Origin: an uncultured Chloroflexia bacterium
GTDB lineage: Bacteria; Chloroflexota; Chloroflexia; QHBQ01; JADMIH01
NCBI GenBank assembly: GCA_963811305.1
Contig: CAWEQU010000008.1
Span: forward strand, 166,587-230,586
Direction of reading: 5' to 3'
Length of the DNA stretch: 64,000 nt
Position 1 is the stretch's first letter. Each line of letters opens with the position of its first letter. Below are positions 30,997-42,033 of this stretch, piece after piece. Both the position numbers and the translations under genes were made by a program. The notes under the pieces were generated by a model. The model was given only the letters and a program-made list of their open reading frames with translations, made no database searches and was not told the DNA's origin.

Positions 30997-32733
30997 TCAG
31001 GGTCTGTACTGCTTCTGCAATGCTCCTGCCTGCGTTACCAGTTGGAGGAACTCCTGCACGTCAGCGTCCTTTGACAGCTGAGGGGCTATGCGCTGGGCAA
31101 TCGCAAGCACGTCGTCTGGGGATTGGCTGCTGGCAAACTCGCTGCCGCGTAACTGCTCGGCGAATCCTGCTGCCGCTACGGCTAGCTGGAAGCGAGCTTT
31201 AGAGCCTGCGAAGTCCTGGCCGAACGTGCCGCGCTCGAAGGGCTGATTTAGCTCCGTCACGGCCCCGGTCTTGGGGTCGGCGTAACGCATCTGTACTGTT
31301 AGTGCGTTGCGCGCGGCCTCGTCTGATGGGTCGAACTGGGCCAGTTCCACCTCGTACAGGGCCGTTACAGTGTGTCCCGCTCCGATCTCGCCTGCGTCTA
31401 CCGCGTCGTTGCGGAAGTCATTGTCGGCGACGTCGCGGTTCTCATAGCCGACCAGACGGTAGCGGCTCACCACAGCCGGGTTGAAGTCCACCTGCACTTT
31501 CGCGTCCTTCGCTATCACCTGCAGAGTGCCTGTCAGGTTCTCCACGAAGATGCGCTTGGCGGAAGCCAGGGTGTCAACGTAAGCGTAGCTGCCGTCCCCA
31601 TCGTCGGCCAGCTGCTCCATCAAGTAGTCGTTGTAGTCGCCCATGCCGAAGCCGACTGTGGTCAGAAGATGCCCTGCTTGGTGTAGTCACGTATGGACTG
31701 GCGGATATCGTCGGGCGTGACAGCCCCAACGTTCGCTACGCCGTCAGAGCAGAGTATCACGCGGTTGATAGCGTCTGCCTTCAGATGCTTGCTCGCAAGC
31801 TCGTAGCCCAACCTCAGCCCGGCCTCGGCGTTCGTGGAGCCTTCGTTCTCCAGGCTATCTATGGCGTTCAAGATGGCATGCCTTGTCGGCCACTCCCGTG
31901 TGATCCAGGACCACCTTGGCCTCTGACCCATACACGACGATACCTACCTGGTCGGTCGGGCGAAGCTCGTTCACCAGCAAGCGTAGCGCCTGCTTCACCA
32001 GGGGCAGCCTGTTCGGCTCGGCCATGGAGCCGCTAATGTCGATCACGAAGGTCAGCACGGCGTCCTTGCGCTGGCATCGCTTACGCGCTGTCCCTGGATG
32101 CCGATCCGCACGAAGTGAGTGCCCGCAGTGCCATATGGAGAGGGTGCGGAGTCTACGTAGATGCCGAAAGCGGACTCTCCGGCACCGGATAATCATAGCG
32201 GAAGTAATTGATGAACTCCTCTGGGCGGACGTTCGAGGCGGGCGGGAGCGTTCCGGCGGTGATGTAATTGCGTGACGCCGTATACGACCCCGTATCTACG
32301 TCTAGGGCAAAGGTGGAAAGGCGGTCCTGGCCGGTAACCACAAATGGGTTCACGCCCAGGTCGGGGACAGTAGTCGTGGGCATAGGATCAACAGGCGTAG
32401 GTATCTCGGGCACTGGTATATCGGGCAGCGGACCTACCGTAGGTTCTGCTTCCGCGAATTGTTCGATGCGGGGCCTAAGTGGAGATAGTGCCGTAATAAG
32501 CATCGGCGGACCTCAGCAGGCCCTGCACAGGTGCTCCCCCATTGGCAAAGAGCATCTTCTGTTGATTGGGTATGTTTCCGCCCGGACCTGCGGTGAGGCC
32601 ATTATATAGGGCCGGTAACGATACGCCCTGGGAATCGTTGGCGCTGTAGCGCGTCAAACCAAAAGACATCACACCCAAAATCAATAAGAGCGCAAGCCAG
32701 AGTTGTAAAAAGTCGCCCTTTCCGTGTTCTCAT
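30997..32733 (-). CDS. YfbK-like vWA lipoprotein (multiple frameshifts)
   Basis: STFALDVDTGSY, VRPEEFINYF, VIDISGSM, SDGVANVG, YRLVGYENR..DAGEIGAGHTVTALYE. Confidence 0.85.
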
Positions 32734-32924
32734 GGTAAAAACCCCCTTCGAGTAGTTCCGTTTATGAATAGCCACCGGCGGGCTGTGCCGGAATACTCTA
32801 GTGACGACGAAGGGGGGGATTTTGTTCCAGGGATTTTGCAAAGGAAAAAGGATAAGGGATAAAGGATAAAGTAGAAATGATGCCTTACTTTATCCTTTAT
32901 CCCTTATCCTTTTTCCTTTTTCCT

Positions 32925-33752
32925 TTACTTCGCCAGCACGTAGCGGTTTATACTGCAATACTCTTTGAACCCGATGCTTCTATACATGTTGTCGGCCAGG
33001 TCGCTGGAGTGGAGGATACCAACGTGGTAACCCATCTCGCGGGCATCGAGGAGGGGTGCGAGCGTTATCGCTGTGCCAATGCCCTGCCCTCGCGCCTCCG
33101 GTACGGTGCCGATGCCATATAGACCCGCGACACCCGCGCCGAGGAATAATATCGAGACGGCGACAGGCTCGCCTCTCAGCCTGCCAATATAAAGGGTCCA
33201 GGGCAGGTCAGGCCCCAGGCCCACGCTTGTGGAAGCGCTCACCCAGGCGTCCCCGGCGAAATCAGGAACGCCATAGCTCCGGTTGAACGTCTGGCCCCAC
33301 TCTTTTAGCGCCTCCGCGTCTTCTACCCGTTCGATCTTGAGGTCTGGAGGCAACGGTAAGTCCTCAGCGAGCAAAGATAGCTCTACGGCCATGCCAGGCA
33401 CGTCTACGAAATTAGGAGCAAGCCCGTACTCCAGCAATAGCTCATCCAGGTCCAGGGGCACGGTGGCGGGACCCGTCCACCAGAACATCGGCACATCCCG
33501 CTCCTTGAAGGGTTCCAGGGTCTCCCCTATCTTCTCACCCAGGTCGCCCGACGGGCTGAAGTGGGCGCGAGCCACCCCGTTGAACATAGGAGAGTTTATG
33601 CCCGTGACGAACCGGAGCATGTCATCCTCGTCGTATACCTCCGCGCCCGGTATCGCGCCGAACGACTTGAAGAGCGCAAAGAGGTTCCCCTCGATAGCCT
33701 CGACCAGGGCTTCGAGGGACATATCATGCATCACGTCTTCCATCTCTCTCAC
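32925..33752 (-). CDS. GNAT family acetyltransferase
   Basis: IGTVPEARGQGIGTA, YRSIGF. Confidence 0.85.
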   Translation of the reverse strand: MREMEDVMHDMSLEALVEAIEGNLFALFKSFGAIPGAEVYDEDDMLRFVTGINSPMFNGVARAHFSPSGDLGEKIGETLEPFKERDVPMFWWTGPATVPLDLDELLLEYGLAPNFVDVPGMAVELSLLAEDLPLPPDLKIERVEDAEALKEWGQTFNRSYGVPDFAGDAWVSASTSVGLGPDLPWTLYIGRLRGEPVAVSILFLGAGVAGLYGIGTVPEARGQGIGTAITLAPLLDAREMGYHVGILHSSDLADNMYRSIGFKEYCSINRYVLAK

Positions 33753-33767
33753 TACCTCCTTACCCTT

Positions 33768-35130
33768 CTACGCGGCTGCAAGCAATCGCAGAAAGTGTTT
33801 GAGGCAGTATAGCAGATTGCCCAGCTCTTGCTCTCTATCCCACGAGCCATCCCCGATAAGCAGCTGCCTGCGATAGCCTAGCGCACCTGCGAGCCATCCC
33901 ACTATCACTCCCAATCTCGCAAGCTTCCTTAGCTCGCCCAACGAGTGATAAACCGACCATGCCTCCAGGTAAACGTCAATCATGTGAGCCAGCACATTTT
34001 CCTCACTATGCTCTTCGGAGACTACTGAGAGAAAAAGGAATGGGTGCGAGACGCCGACAAACCCCGACCAGTCTAGCACCACGCAATCGCTGTCGCAGAG
34101 GATGTTCCCGCTATGGAAGTCGCCATGATGAAGAGTGGGCGGTATGCCGGAGCTTGCCAGTTCATCGCATATGGTCTTGATGCGCGGCAACGAGGCCTGC
34201 AACAGCCCAATCTCCTCTGTGGATAAGCCGCTTGCTTCACCAAAGAGGTGGGGCAACTCGGTAAAGAGCACCTCGACGTTCGCGTAGAGCTTGTCGAGGC
34301 GAAAGTCAAAGCAGCCCATCGCCAGCAGGTCATCTACGCGAGGAATGTAGTCTAGCTGTATCTCAGCGAAGCGGCGCAAGATTGCCTCCCAGCGCGGGAG
34401 GTAGTACGCCTTGTCTAGGTGCTGAATGAGCTTGACGCCGGGAGCGTTGCGCATCAGCGTCCAGCGCCGCTCTACATCTACGGCCACGATATGCGGACCG
34501 AAGCCTGAGTGGCGCTCCGACAGGTCCAGGGTAAGGGGAGGCTCATGCCTGAACATCGGCGGGACTGCTTTGAGGTAGTAATCTCCGTCGTCCGTCGCCA
34601 CTCTCAAGATGCAGGAGCAGAACCAGGAACGCACCTGCTCTACTTCGCCTGTTACCTGTAAGCCACCCCTCTCAAGTTGTTCGCGCATCCATACCGCAGC
34701 CTGTCCAAACCAACCGGGGCGAGTCCAGGGGGCGTTCTCGCCCACGTGGGAGTCCTGAACCACCCGCCTGCCGAGCGGGCCAGGCAACGTGTCGGTGGAG
34801 ACCCATTCAGCGGGGCCTGGAAAAGTCCAATCAGGGTCGTGACTCTCTGATGAGAAAGGTGCCAGTGCGCGTGCCTTCGGCGTCACTGCCTACGTACACG
34901 CAACGCAATACGGTAGCACGCAATCCAAGCTGCTCGCGTACAGCGCTGTTGATGTGGGCCGCTTCCCGATGCCAACTGTCGCCGGGCGGTGGATGCATCT
35001 CCACGCGCGGCAAGACCCAGCCCCCTTCGCCGGGCAGCATAAGTACCTTCTGACCATCGCCTTGAGGAATTATTAGAGAGAGCTTGATATAGGGTTCTGA
35101 ACTAATCTGACCCACCGATTGCGCATCCAT
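33768..35130 (-). CDS. Aminoglycoside-phosphotransferase-like kinase, frameshift near 34850
   Basis: YYLKA, LHHGDFHSGNI, VLDW. Confidence 0.8.
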
Positions 35131-35280
35131 GAAGTGTAATATAGCATAAGGTGCTTGTAACGGAAGATGCTAACTTCTTACTAACAATTACGGAATAGCC
35201 ATACAAACGGAGGCCCAATCCTTGCAGGTCCAATAATTGGTCCCCAATCCACAATACCAGACGGTAAGGAGATATATGTC

Positions 35281-36549
35281 GTGAAACAACTTGGCACAGC
35301 ATTGGTCGTATTTGGAGCGCTTTTGGTATCGCTGGCCGCTGGAACTGCGCTCGCACAGCCGCAGCCCGCAGTCTCAATCGCTGTAGACCTCGACCCCAAC
35401 AGCGCGGCAGGCATCCGCATCGAAGGACTCGTGACCGACAGTACGGGCCGCCTGTACACCTCGGACCTCGACTTGCGCCGCCTCTTCCGCATCACCCCAA
35501 GCACGGGCACAACAGAGACCCTGGGGATATTACCCCGAACCGCAACCGGCATGGCATTCGATGCTACAGGCAACCTCTACATGGCCAGCGGCGACGTAAT
35601 CCTGCGCATCGGTAGCGCAGCCCTTGGGGGCAGCCAGATCGCCGCGAGTGACGTGCTAACCTTCGCCACGGGTGTAACGGGCGCGAATGGCCTCGCCTTT
35701 GGTCCCGGTGCGGGGCAACTGTACGTTTCGGGCGGGGCCACGGGGAACATTTATATTGTGGCGAGCGACGGTGTGACCAGCACGCTTGTAAGCGGCCTGA
35801 AGTCTGAGCGGCAGGACCAGCAGATCAGCACCAATGGCCTGGCGTTCGGTCCCGACCAGAAGCTCTATTCATCGAACACAGGCACAGGAGCGATAGACCG
35901 CATCACGCTCAAATCCGACGGCACGATGGATAGCATGGAGCGCTTTGTTACCAATCCACTACTGCTCGGTGCCGATGGCATAACGTTTGCCTCGAACGGC
36001 GACCTGTACGTAGCCGCCAACGAGCGCAACGCTATAGTTCGCGTCACCCAGAGTGGGGAGGTAAGCGACGTAGCGAGCAACGACAACGCGGGGCCGCTTG
36101 AGTTCCCAGCAAGCCCGGCCTTCTCCGGCACGTCCTTATACGCCAGCAATTTCGATATAGCCAGGGGCGCAAATGCACCTAACACCCCGGGCATAGGGGC
36201 TTCGATAGCGAAGATAGATGTAGGGATATCGGGCGTGCCTTTGCCTGTAGTCTTCGCCACACCAGGCCCGGCCACAGCTGTTGCCCCGACAGTGGGAAGC
36301 TCGCCTGCTGTACCGACACCACCGGCTTCCCCTACCACCGCCGGTCCAACGCCTACAGAGGAAGTGGTTGTACCGCCTTCCGAGCCGACATCCACAGTCG
36401 AGGTTATCGAGTCAACACCGGTCCCACCAACAACCCCAGGCATGCCCAGCACGGGCGATCCGGGCGCACTAGCTTTCTTGCTGTTGCTGGTCGCTGGGGC
36501 GCTGTCTCTGCTGACGGGCGTAATGCTCCTGCGCAAGCGAGAATACTAA
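35281..36549 (+). CDS. SMP-30/gluconolactonase beta-propeller with sortase-type anchor
   Basis: Signal peptide; NGLAFGP/DGITF repeats; Pro/Thr linker, MPSTG + TM + RKR. Confidence 0.85.
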   Translation: MKQLGTALVVFGALLVSLAAGTALAQPQPAVSIAVDLDPNSAAGIRIEGLVTDSTGRLYTSDLDLRRLFRITPSTGTTETLGILPRTATGMAFDATGNLYMASGDVILRIGSAALGGSQIAASDVLTFATGVTGANGLAFGPGAGQLYVSGGATGNIYIVASDGVTSTLVSGLKSERQDQQISTNGLAFGPDQKLYSSNTGTGAIDRITLKSDGTMDSMERFVTNPLLLGADGITFASNGDLYVAANERNAIVRVTQSGEVSDVASNDNAGPLEFPASPAFSGTSLYASNFDIARGANAPNTPGIGASIAKIDVGISGVPLPVVFATPGPATAVAPTVGSSPAVPTPPASPTTAGPTPTEEVVVPPSEPTSTVEVIESTPVPPTTPGMPSTGDPGALAFLLLLVAGALSLLTGVMLLRKREY

Positions 36550-36569
36550 AATAGGCTTGCGAGAAGAAT

Positions 36570-36607
36570 AAGAAAAGGAGGTGGCGCAAAACCACCTCCT
36601 TTTCTTA
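36570..36607. terminator. Bidirectional intrinsic terminator
   Basis: AAGAAAAGGAGGTGG-loop-CCACCTCCTTTTCTT. Confidence 0.8.
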
Positions 36608-36653
36608 TGAGTCATCAATTATGAAAAAGAGAAAGGGATTGCCCAGCGATGAC

Positions 36654-37271
36654 CTACTTGCCCTTCGATGATGTCAGCAGCTTGAGGGCTATCGCGCCAC
36701 CGATGACTACAACACCGACGGGGACAAGCTTAGGCATCAAGCCCGATATGGTAACAGGGCCTGGAGGTTCGGGGACCAGGGCACGCTCCTCTGGCGTGGT
36801 TGCATGGCGGCGCGCCAGTTCCAACTCCAGGCTTTCTCTCCCCATTTCCATCGCCCACCTGTGGTTCGCACTGAAGATTGGCTTCATGATAGGCGACATG
36901 AGGCGCAAGAGGGGCTTATCTGCCCGAATCTTCCAGTCATAAGTGACGTTTACCCAGGGCCCATCCTGCTCATACGTCCAGATGCCCCGGCCATTGAAGT
37001 CACCTTCTGCTTGTAGCGAGCTACCATAGGGGTACTTTGATTCGGTGACGCGGAAGTTCCAGCGCAGCGTATAAGGGAGCCAGCCCTTCGTATAAAGAGC
37101 GTATTCACTGCCAACGCCATGCTCATCTCCCGATTTCAGCTTCTTGACGTCAAGATAGACCGAAGGCCACCAGCGCACCAGGGCGTCTACATCTCCGATT
37201 ACGTCAGCAACCTCTTGCACTGTGCCCTTGACTCGCCACTGAGTTATGAAATGATAATCGTTGCTCGGCAT
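36654..37271 (-). CDS. SRPBCC/polyketide cyclase family protein
   Basis: WWPSVYL, KGWLPYTLRW, GDFNGRGIW, FSANHRWAM. Confidence 0.85.
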   Translation of the reverse strand: MPSNDYHFITQWRVKGTVQEVADVIGDVDALVRWWPSVYLDVKKLKSGDEHGVGSEYALYTKGWLPYTLRWNFRVTESKYPYGSSLQAEGDFNGRGIWTYEQDGPWVNVTYDWKIRADKPLLRLMSPIMKPIFSANHRWAMEMGRESLELELARRHATTPEERALVPEPPGPVTISGLMPKLVPVGVVVIGGAIALKLLTSSKGK

Positions 37272-37321
37272 AGTATCCCTCCATTATTAGAGATTATTGT
37301 AGCACAAATACTCACGTGGGA

Positions 37322-37405
37322 AGGGATTGCCTTATGATATTCTACTCTCATATAACCTGGCTAAAGAATTATCAGCATGGTACCGTTTCACTTATGGTTA
37401 GGAAG
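37322..37405 (-). pseudogene. Degenerate copy of the 5S rRNA 3' two-thirds
   Basis: GGGATTGCC..CTACTCTC.TATA.CC..ATCAGC..GTACCGTTTCACTT..GGTT aligns with 41372-41455. Confidence 0.75.
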
Positions 37406-37454
37406 AATTAGATTCCAATTCTGACATTATGTGCAAAACTATGATATCTATATA

Positions 37455-37483
37455 TTGACAATGTCAGAAGAGTGAGATATACT
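37455..37483 (+). promoter_or_regulatory. Sigma70 promoter with overlapping operator-like repeats
   Basis: TTGACA-17-TATACT; TTCTGACATT (37419) / AATGTCAGAA (37460) inverted repeat. Confidence 0.65.
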
Positions 37484-37513
37484 CAGAACAAGGATCAAAT
37501 GTAGGAGACTCTT

Positions 37514-38155
37514 ATGCCCGATTATGACAAAGCACATAAACTACTTGCTGGCCCGTATCAAAAGATATACAAAGAGATGTGTTCTGGTATTTCACCTGAA
37601 AAAGTAGGAGATGATCTTCTTAGGGCTATAGTTGAGAGTCTCAAATATTTTGGTGATACTTCACTCCAGATAGTATTGAGCGTAGCCGAGTGTCTTAAGC
37701 AAAGCGTACAGGGTCCTCTATTGGACAGTTCTCTCGACTATGATAAGATGAGCGACTCAATTGTTGCACTTTTACAAAATGCTAGCAACTCAGACGTGAG
37801 TAAGCGAGGTCTTGGTATAGCTGAACGCATATGCAAGAGGCAACTAGAGGAGCTTCGACATGGTATCTACACACTCGACATCACATTTCAAATGGTCAGG
37901 AATTATGCTGGTGAGATATATGATTCTTCCTTCAAGGAATTGGCACCAAGGAAGTTACACCATTACAATGACATAAGCCACAATACCTTTAGAGAACGAT
38001 TAGACGAAGTTTCCTACCTTGTCCAACCAGGTATAGATGACATCGCCAGACAAGCGATACGCAAAGGGAGCGTACACTCACTCCAAAAGCCTGCCCATAC
38101 AAAGAGTGTACAGCACTACAATCTTGACGATGATGTGTGCGCTATCACTGGATAA
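37514..38155 (+). CDS. Hypothetical protein, first gene of the QueC-like operon
   Basis: 213 aa ORF with AGGAG RBS, AT-rich. Confidence 0.7.
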   Translation: MPDYDKAHKLLAGPYQKIYKEMCSGISPEKVGDDLLRAIVESLKYFGDTSLQIVLSVAECLKQSVQGPLLDSSLDYDKMSDSIVALLQNASNSDVSKRGLGIAERICKRQLEELRHGIYTLDITFQMVRNYAGEIYDSSFKELAPRKLHHYNDISHNTFRERLDEVSYLVQPGIDDIARQAIRKGSVHSLQKPAHTKSVQHYNLDDDVCAITG

Positions 38156-38163
38156 GAGAAGCT

Positions 38164-39602
38164 ATGATCGAGCCTGATTATACCTACGAATTCTCGGATA
38201 TAAGCGAAAGGCAGTCGCGTGTGAAGGTAACCATTCATCGCAATGGTGAAAAGCGAACCTTCACAATCCAGGTGGATGACGAAGATCTCGCACGTTGTAG
38301 AAGGCGTGATGTATCACAGAAGCTTGCAGATTTGATAGATATAGCTGTAGCTGTGCACGCCGTGGATCGCATGTCGAAGAGGGAACCAGATATACGATGT
38401 AACATCAAAATCAATCTACCCGTGCGGCATCCTGAAGTGTTTAATAATCCGGACATACTCAAACGTTTAGAAGGTATTCTTTTTTGGTACACTGAAGACA
38501 ATTGGTCATTCCAATTTCACCGGAGGCATAATTGTAGGCGATTTGCGGAATGGCAGTCAAATTTCTCTACTGATGCTGGTGAAGTTGGCGAAGCCAGTGA
38601 AGTTGCCCTCTGGAGCGGTGGACTGGAACTCGCTGGCTGGTCTATATAATAGATGGTTGGAGAAGTCAGCTTCACGTTTCACCCTTTTTGGAACAGGTGG
38701 GAACAATATTGTCCATGAGCTACAAAAGGAGATTGCATTAGGAGTCTGCGAATAGTCTATCGGCATCTGTAAACCTTGTACGCGTACCTATTCATCTCAT
38801 TCATAAGACCTTCAAACGTAGAGAGCTAAATCGCATCTCGCGCTCTCGTGGTTTTGTATTCTTGCTTACTGGCGCAGTGTGCGCTCTGCTTGAGGATAGC
38901 AACGAGTTATTCATCTATGAGAACGGCATTGGGGCCATCAACCTCAACTTCGGAGCACCTGAAGTGGGTCTGGACCATTCACGGTCTGTCCATCCCACCT
39001 CACTTATCCTGATGAGCGATTTTGTTAGCGACAATTGGAGTTCCCTTCGCATTTCGCAATCCCTTTATCTTTAGGACAAAGGGTCAATTATGTAGGATTT
39101 TCGCCACATTGCCTAAATCACAACAGAATTCTATATTGCAGCTAATTGCCAACACTGTGAGTTGTGATCGCTGTCAGCGTAAGCCTAAACAGAGAGTACA
39201 GTGCGGGGTTTGCTCCTCTTGTCTATTGCGAAGGCAAGCTCTATTGGCCGCAGGGCTTGAGGATAGAACTGATTACTTATATGCATCGGCAAACTCCGAC
39301 GATAGTCACTTACCACATATGCTGCTTCAACTCGAGAGACTAGCCGCTTGTGTAAACAGTGATGAAGCGTGGCGAGACTTAGCTATCGCTTTTCCAGAGA
39401 CATTACCCGAGGCGGCACTTCGAATGGCAAGATTTCAGGAGATTTAACCAAGAGCACATACAGGAACTCGCTCATTAACCTCTACAAGCAATATATCAGA
39501 GAATGGGATAAGGTCGGACCCATGTTATTGCCAAACTTAGCTCTGTCTAAGGCTTCACAAGCTATTCATGCTACACATACCTCAGGACAGAAAGTCCACT
39601 AG
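38164..39602 (+). CDS. QueC-like (7-cyano-7-deazaguanine synthase family, QatC-like) protein, several frameshifts
   Basis: DLIDIAVAVHAVDR, LWSGGL(D)SLAG, ENGIGAIN, HSRSVHP, NPFIFRTKG, SCD..QCGVCSSCLLRR. Confidence 0.8.
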
Positions 39603-39613
39603 AGAGGCATATC

Positions 39614-40828
39614 GTGGATAAGAGCATTTTGGACACAATTGATGCCAAAACATTAGGCACGGAGCTTCAGGAAGCACGCAAGAAGCGTGGCCTAACCCAA
39701 GAAGCCGTGGCTCAGCTTCTCGATATTGCTCGCACGACCTTGACAGCTATAGAGAAAGGAGAGCGCCGCATCAAACCTGGGGAGCTTATTAAACTCGCCC
39801 AGGTATATGGTAAGCAGGTAAGCGACTTCGTGCGACCGCGACCTCAGATTGAGCCTTTCTCACTACAGTTTAGAGGCCCTGCATATAGGACTGAAGAGAC
39901 CGAACTAAAGATCGCGCCCTGCATTGCCGAGTTCGAGGAACTTTGCAGGGATTATCTTGAGCTTGAACAGATTACTGAGACACCACTAGTACGTAGATAC
40001 CCAACTGAATATGAAATCTCTGGACTACCAATTGACCAAGCGGCAGAAAGCGTAGCAACTCAGGAACGCAATCGTCTCGATTTAGGCGATGGAGCTATTC
40101 CAACAATGCCAGTACTACGTGACGTGTTAGAGCAAGAGGTTGGTCTAAGGATCTTCTTCTTGGATCTGCCTCATCCCTTTTCAGCTATGTATCATTTTGA
40201 CCAGCAGCTAGGAGGTTGTATAGCTATTAATCGCGCACACCCTGAGGAGCGCCGCCGCCTGTCCCTCGTACATGATTATGGTCATTTTCTAGTACATCGC
40301 TATAAGCCAGAAAATCTAATAGAAGACCAATACCAACGCAAGCCAGAAAGCGAGCTTTTCGCTGATACATTTGCACGACATTTCTTGATGCCTACTAGTG
40401 GACTGACAAGGCGTTTCAACGACATAAAGCGCACAAAAGAGAAAGTTACCATCTTGGATTTGTGTAAATTAGCGCACTACTATGGAGTCTCAGTACAAGC
40501 TCTCATCCTTTGGTTAGAAGAGATAAGGTTACTGCGCGTAGGAACCTGGGACATATTGAGAGATCGTGGGTTCAAGGTTCGTGAAACACAGCAGCAATTA
40601 GGACTTGATCCTCTCCCAGAGCAAGCTAACAAAGTACCAAGACGCTATCAGTATTTGGCCCTGGTTGCCCTTGAAAGAGGATTAATTTCCGAGGGGCAAT
40701 TTGCCCACTTCCTGCGTTTGGATCGGTTACAAGCGCGTAGTGAGGCTAATAAGCTCCGGCAAGAAACAGTTGGGGAGTTAGATAGTGCTGTCATAGACTC
40801 TGATCTGACGCAGCCCATCACTGCATAG
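39614..40828 (+). CDS. XRE HTH + ImmA/IrrE metallopeptidase-like protein
   Basis: GLTQEAVAQLLDIARTTLTAIEKGER; RRRLSLVHDYGH; E.FAD.FA..FLMP; YGVS. Confidence 0.9.
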   Translation: MDKSILDTIDAKTLGTELQEARKKRGLTQEAVAQLLDIARTTLTAIEKGERRIKPGELIKLAQVYGKQVSDFVRPRPQIEPFSLQFRGPAYRTEETELKIAPCIAEFEELCRDYLELEQITETPLVRRYPTEYEISGLPIDQAAESVATQERNRLDLGDGAIPTMPVLRDVLEQEVGLRIFFLDLPHPFSAMYHFDQQLGGCIAINRAHPEERRRLSLVHDYGHFLVHRYKPENLIEDQYQRKPESELFADTFARHFLMPTSGLTRRFNDIKRTKEKVTILDLCKLAHYYGVSVQALILWLEEIRLLRVGTWDILRDRGFKVRETQQQLGLDPLPEQANKVPRRYQYLALVALERGLISEGQFAHFLRLDRLQARSEANKLRQETVGELDSAVIDSDLTQPITA

Positions 40829-40839
40829 GAGTCTATTGA

Positions 40840-41364
40840 TTGAGTACCGTTATTGGCGGAGTTCATGAGGCTATCATATTAGATGCCTGTTGCATCATAA
40901 CCTTATATCAGACGCAAAGAATGGAGGATATCCTAAGAACTCTGCCAAAACCTTTAATGGTTGCGGAATACGTACAAGTTCAAGAAATCCTTCAGTTCAG
41001 TTTACAAGCTCTCATAGGGGCGGGTTTGCTGACAATTACAGCGCCAGAATCGGAAGCCGAAGAAAATACGTTCGTAAACCTCGCCTATTATCTTGATGAT
41101 GGGGAAGCTATGACGGGTAGCTTGGCTATTCACCGAAATTGGGCTATTGCAACAGATGACAGAAAGGCTATAGCTCTATTCCAGCGATTGGTGCCCCATG
41201 TGCAACTTGTGTCTACGCTGGAAATCATAAGATACTGGGCAGAAGCGACCATCGCCAAACATGAAGAAATCCGAACTGCCTTGCAGAATATGCGTATGGG
41301 TACGCCTTATGCGCCGAAGGCTAATCATCCGTTTTACCTATGGTGGCAGAAGTATATAGGTTAA
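40840..41364 (+). CDS. PIN-domain protein
   Basis: IILDAC, LDDGEA, IATDDRKA. Confidence 0.8.
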   Translation: MSTVIGGVHEAIILDACCIITLYQTQRMEDILRTLPKPLMVAEYVQVQEILQFSLQALIGAGLLTITAPESEAEENTFVNLAYYLDDGEAMTGSLAIHRNWAIATDDRKAIALFQRLVPHVQLVSTLEIIRYWAEATIAKHEEIRTALQNMRMGTPYAPKANHPFYLWWQKYIG

Positions 41365-41378
41365 AGAAAAAGGGATTG

Positions 41379-41495
41379 CCCCGCGATGGCCTACTCTCCC
41401 ATAGCCTTGCGGCTATAGTACCATCAGCGCTGTACCGTTTCACTTCCAGGTTCGGGATGGGGCTGGGTGGGTCCGGTACGCTCAAATCACGGAAC
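41379..41495 (-). rRNA. rrf: 5S rRNA
   Basis: CCCATCCCGAAC..GAAGTGAAAC..GCTGATGGTACT..GGGAGAGTAGG consensus on the minus strand. Confidence 0.95.
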
Positions 41496-41890
41496 AAATC
41501 CCTTTTTTCTAACTAGAGAATAATTGCAACGAGGAATGGGAACTCATTTGAGAAACCACAATTACGCTTGCGATATTGTGCCTTACTTTCGCTTCCCAGC
41601 CTCGTGCTTTACGCATTACGTATCTTTCGATACGCACCACGCAAATATGCAGAGGAGGGGAGTAAAGTAGGGGAACAAGCCCTCGACCATGAGAGTCTGC
41701 TTAGCTCGCCTGTTACCAGGCATACACTCGCGACCTCGCAACCCGGTAGTCTTCCGGGGGTCTTACCTGTTCGAGACAGTGAGAAGGCTCATCTGGAGGA
41801 GGGTTTCCCGCTTAGATGCTTTCAGCGGTTCTCCCTTCCCAACATAGCTACCCAGCAATGCTTCGTCAACAGCTGGCACACCAGAGGTTG

Positions 41891-41921
<31 letters not shown>

Positions 41922-41946
41922 CCCCTCGCAACCTTCTAACGCCCAC

Positions 41947-41999
<53 letters not shown>

Positions 42000-42000
42000 T

Positions 42001-42033
<33 letters not shown>

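Noticed and set aside
38164-39602. Housekeeping queC
   Set aside because: Much longer with a QatC-like N-terminus, no queD/E/F nearby, and located in an AT-rich insert
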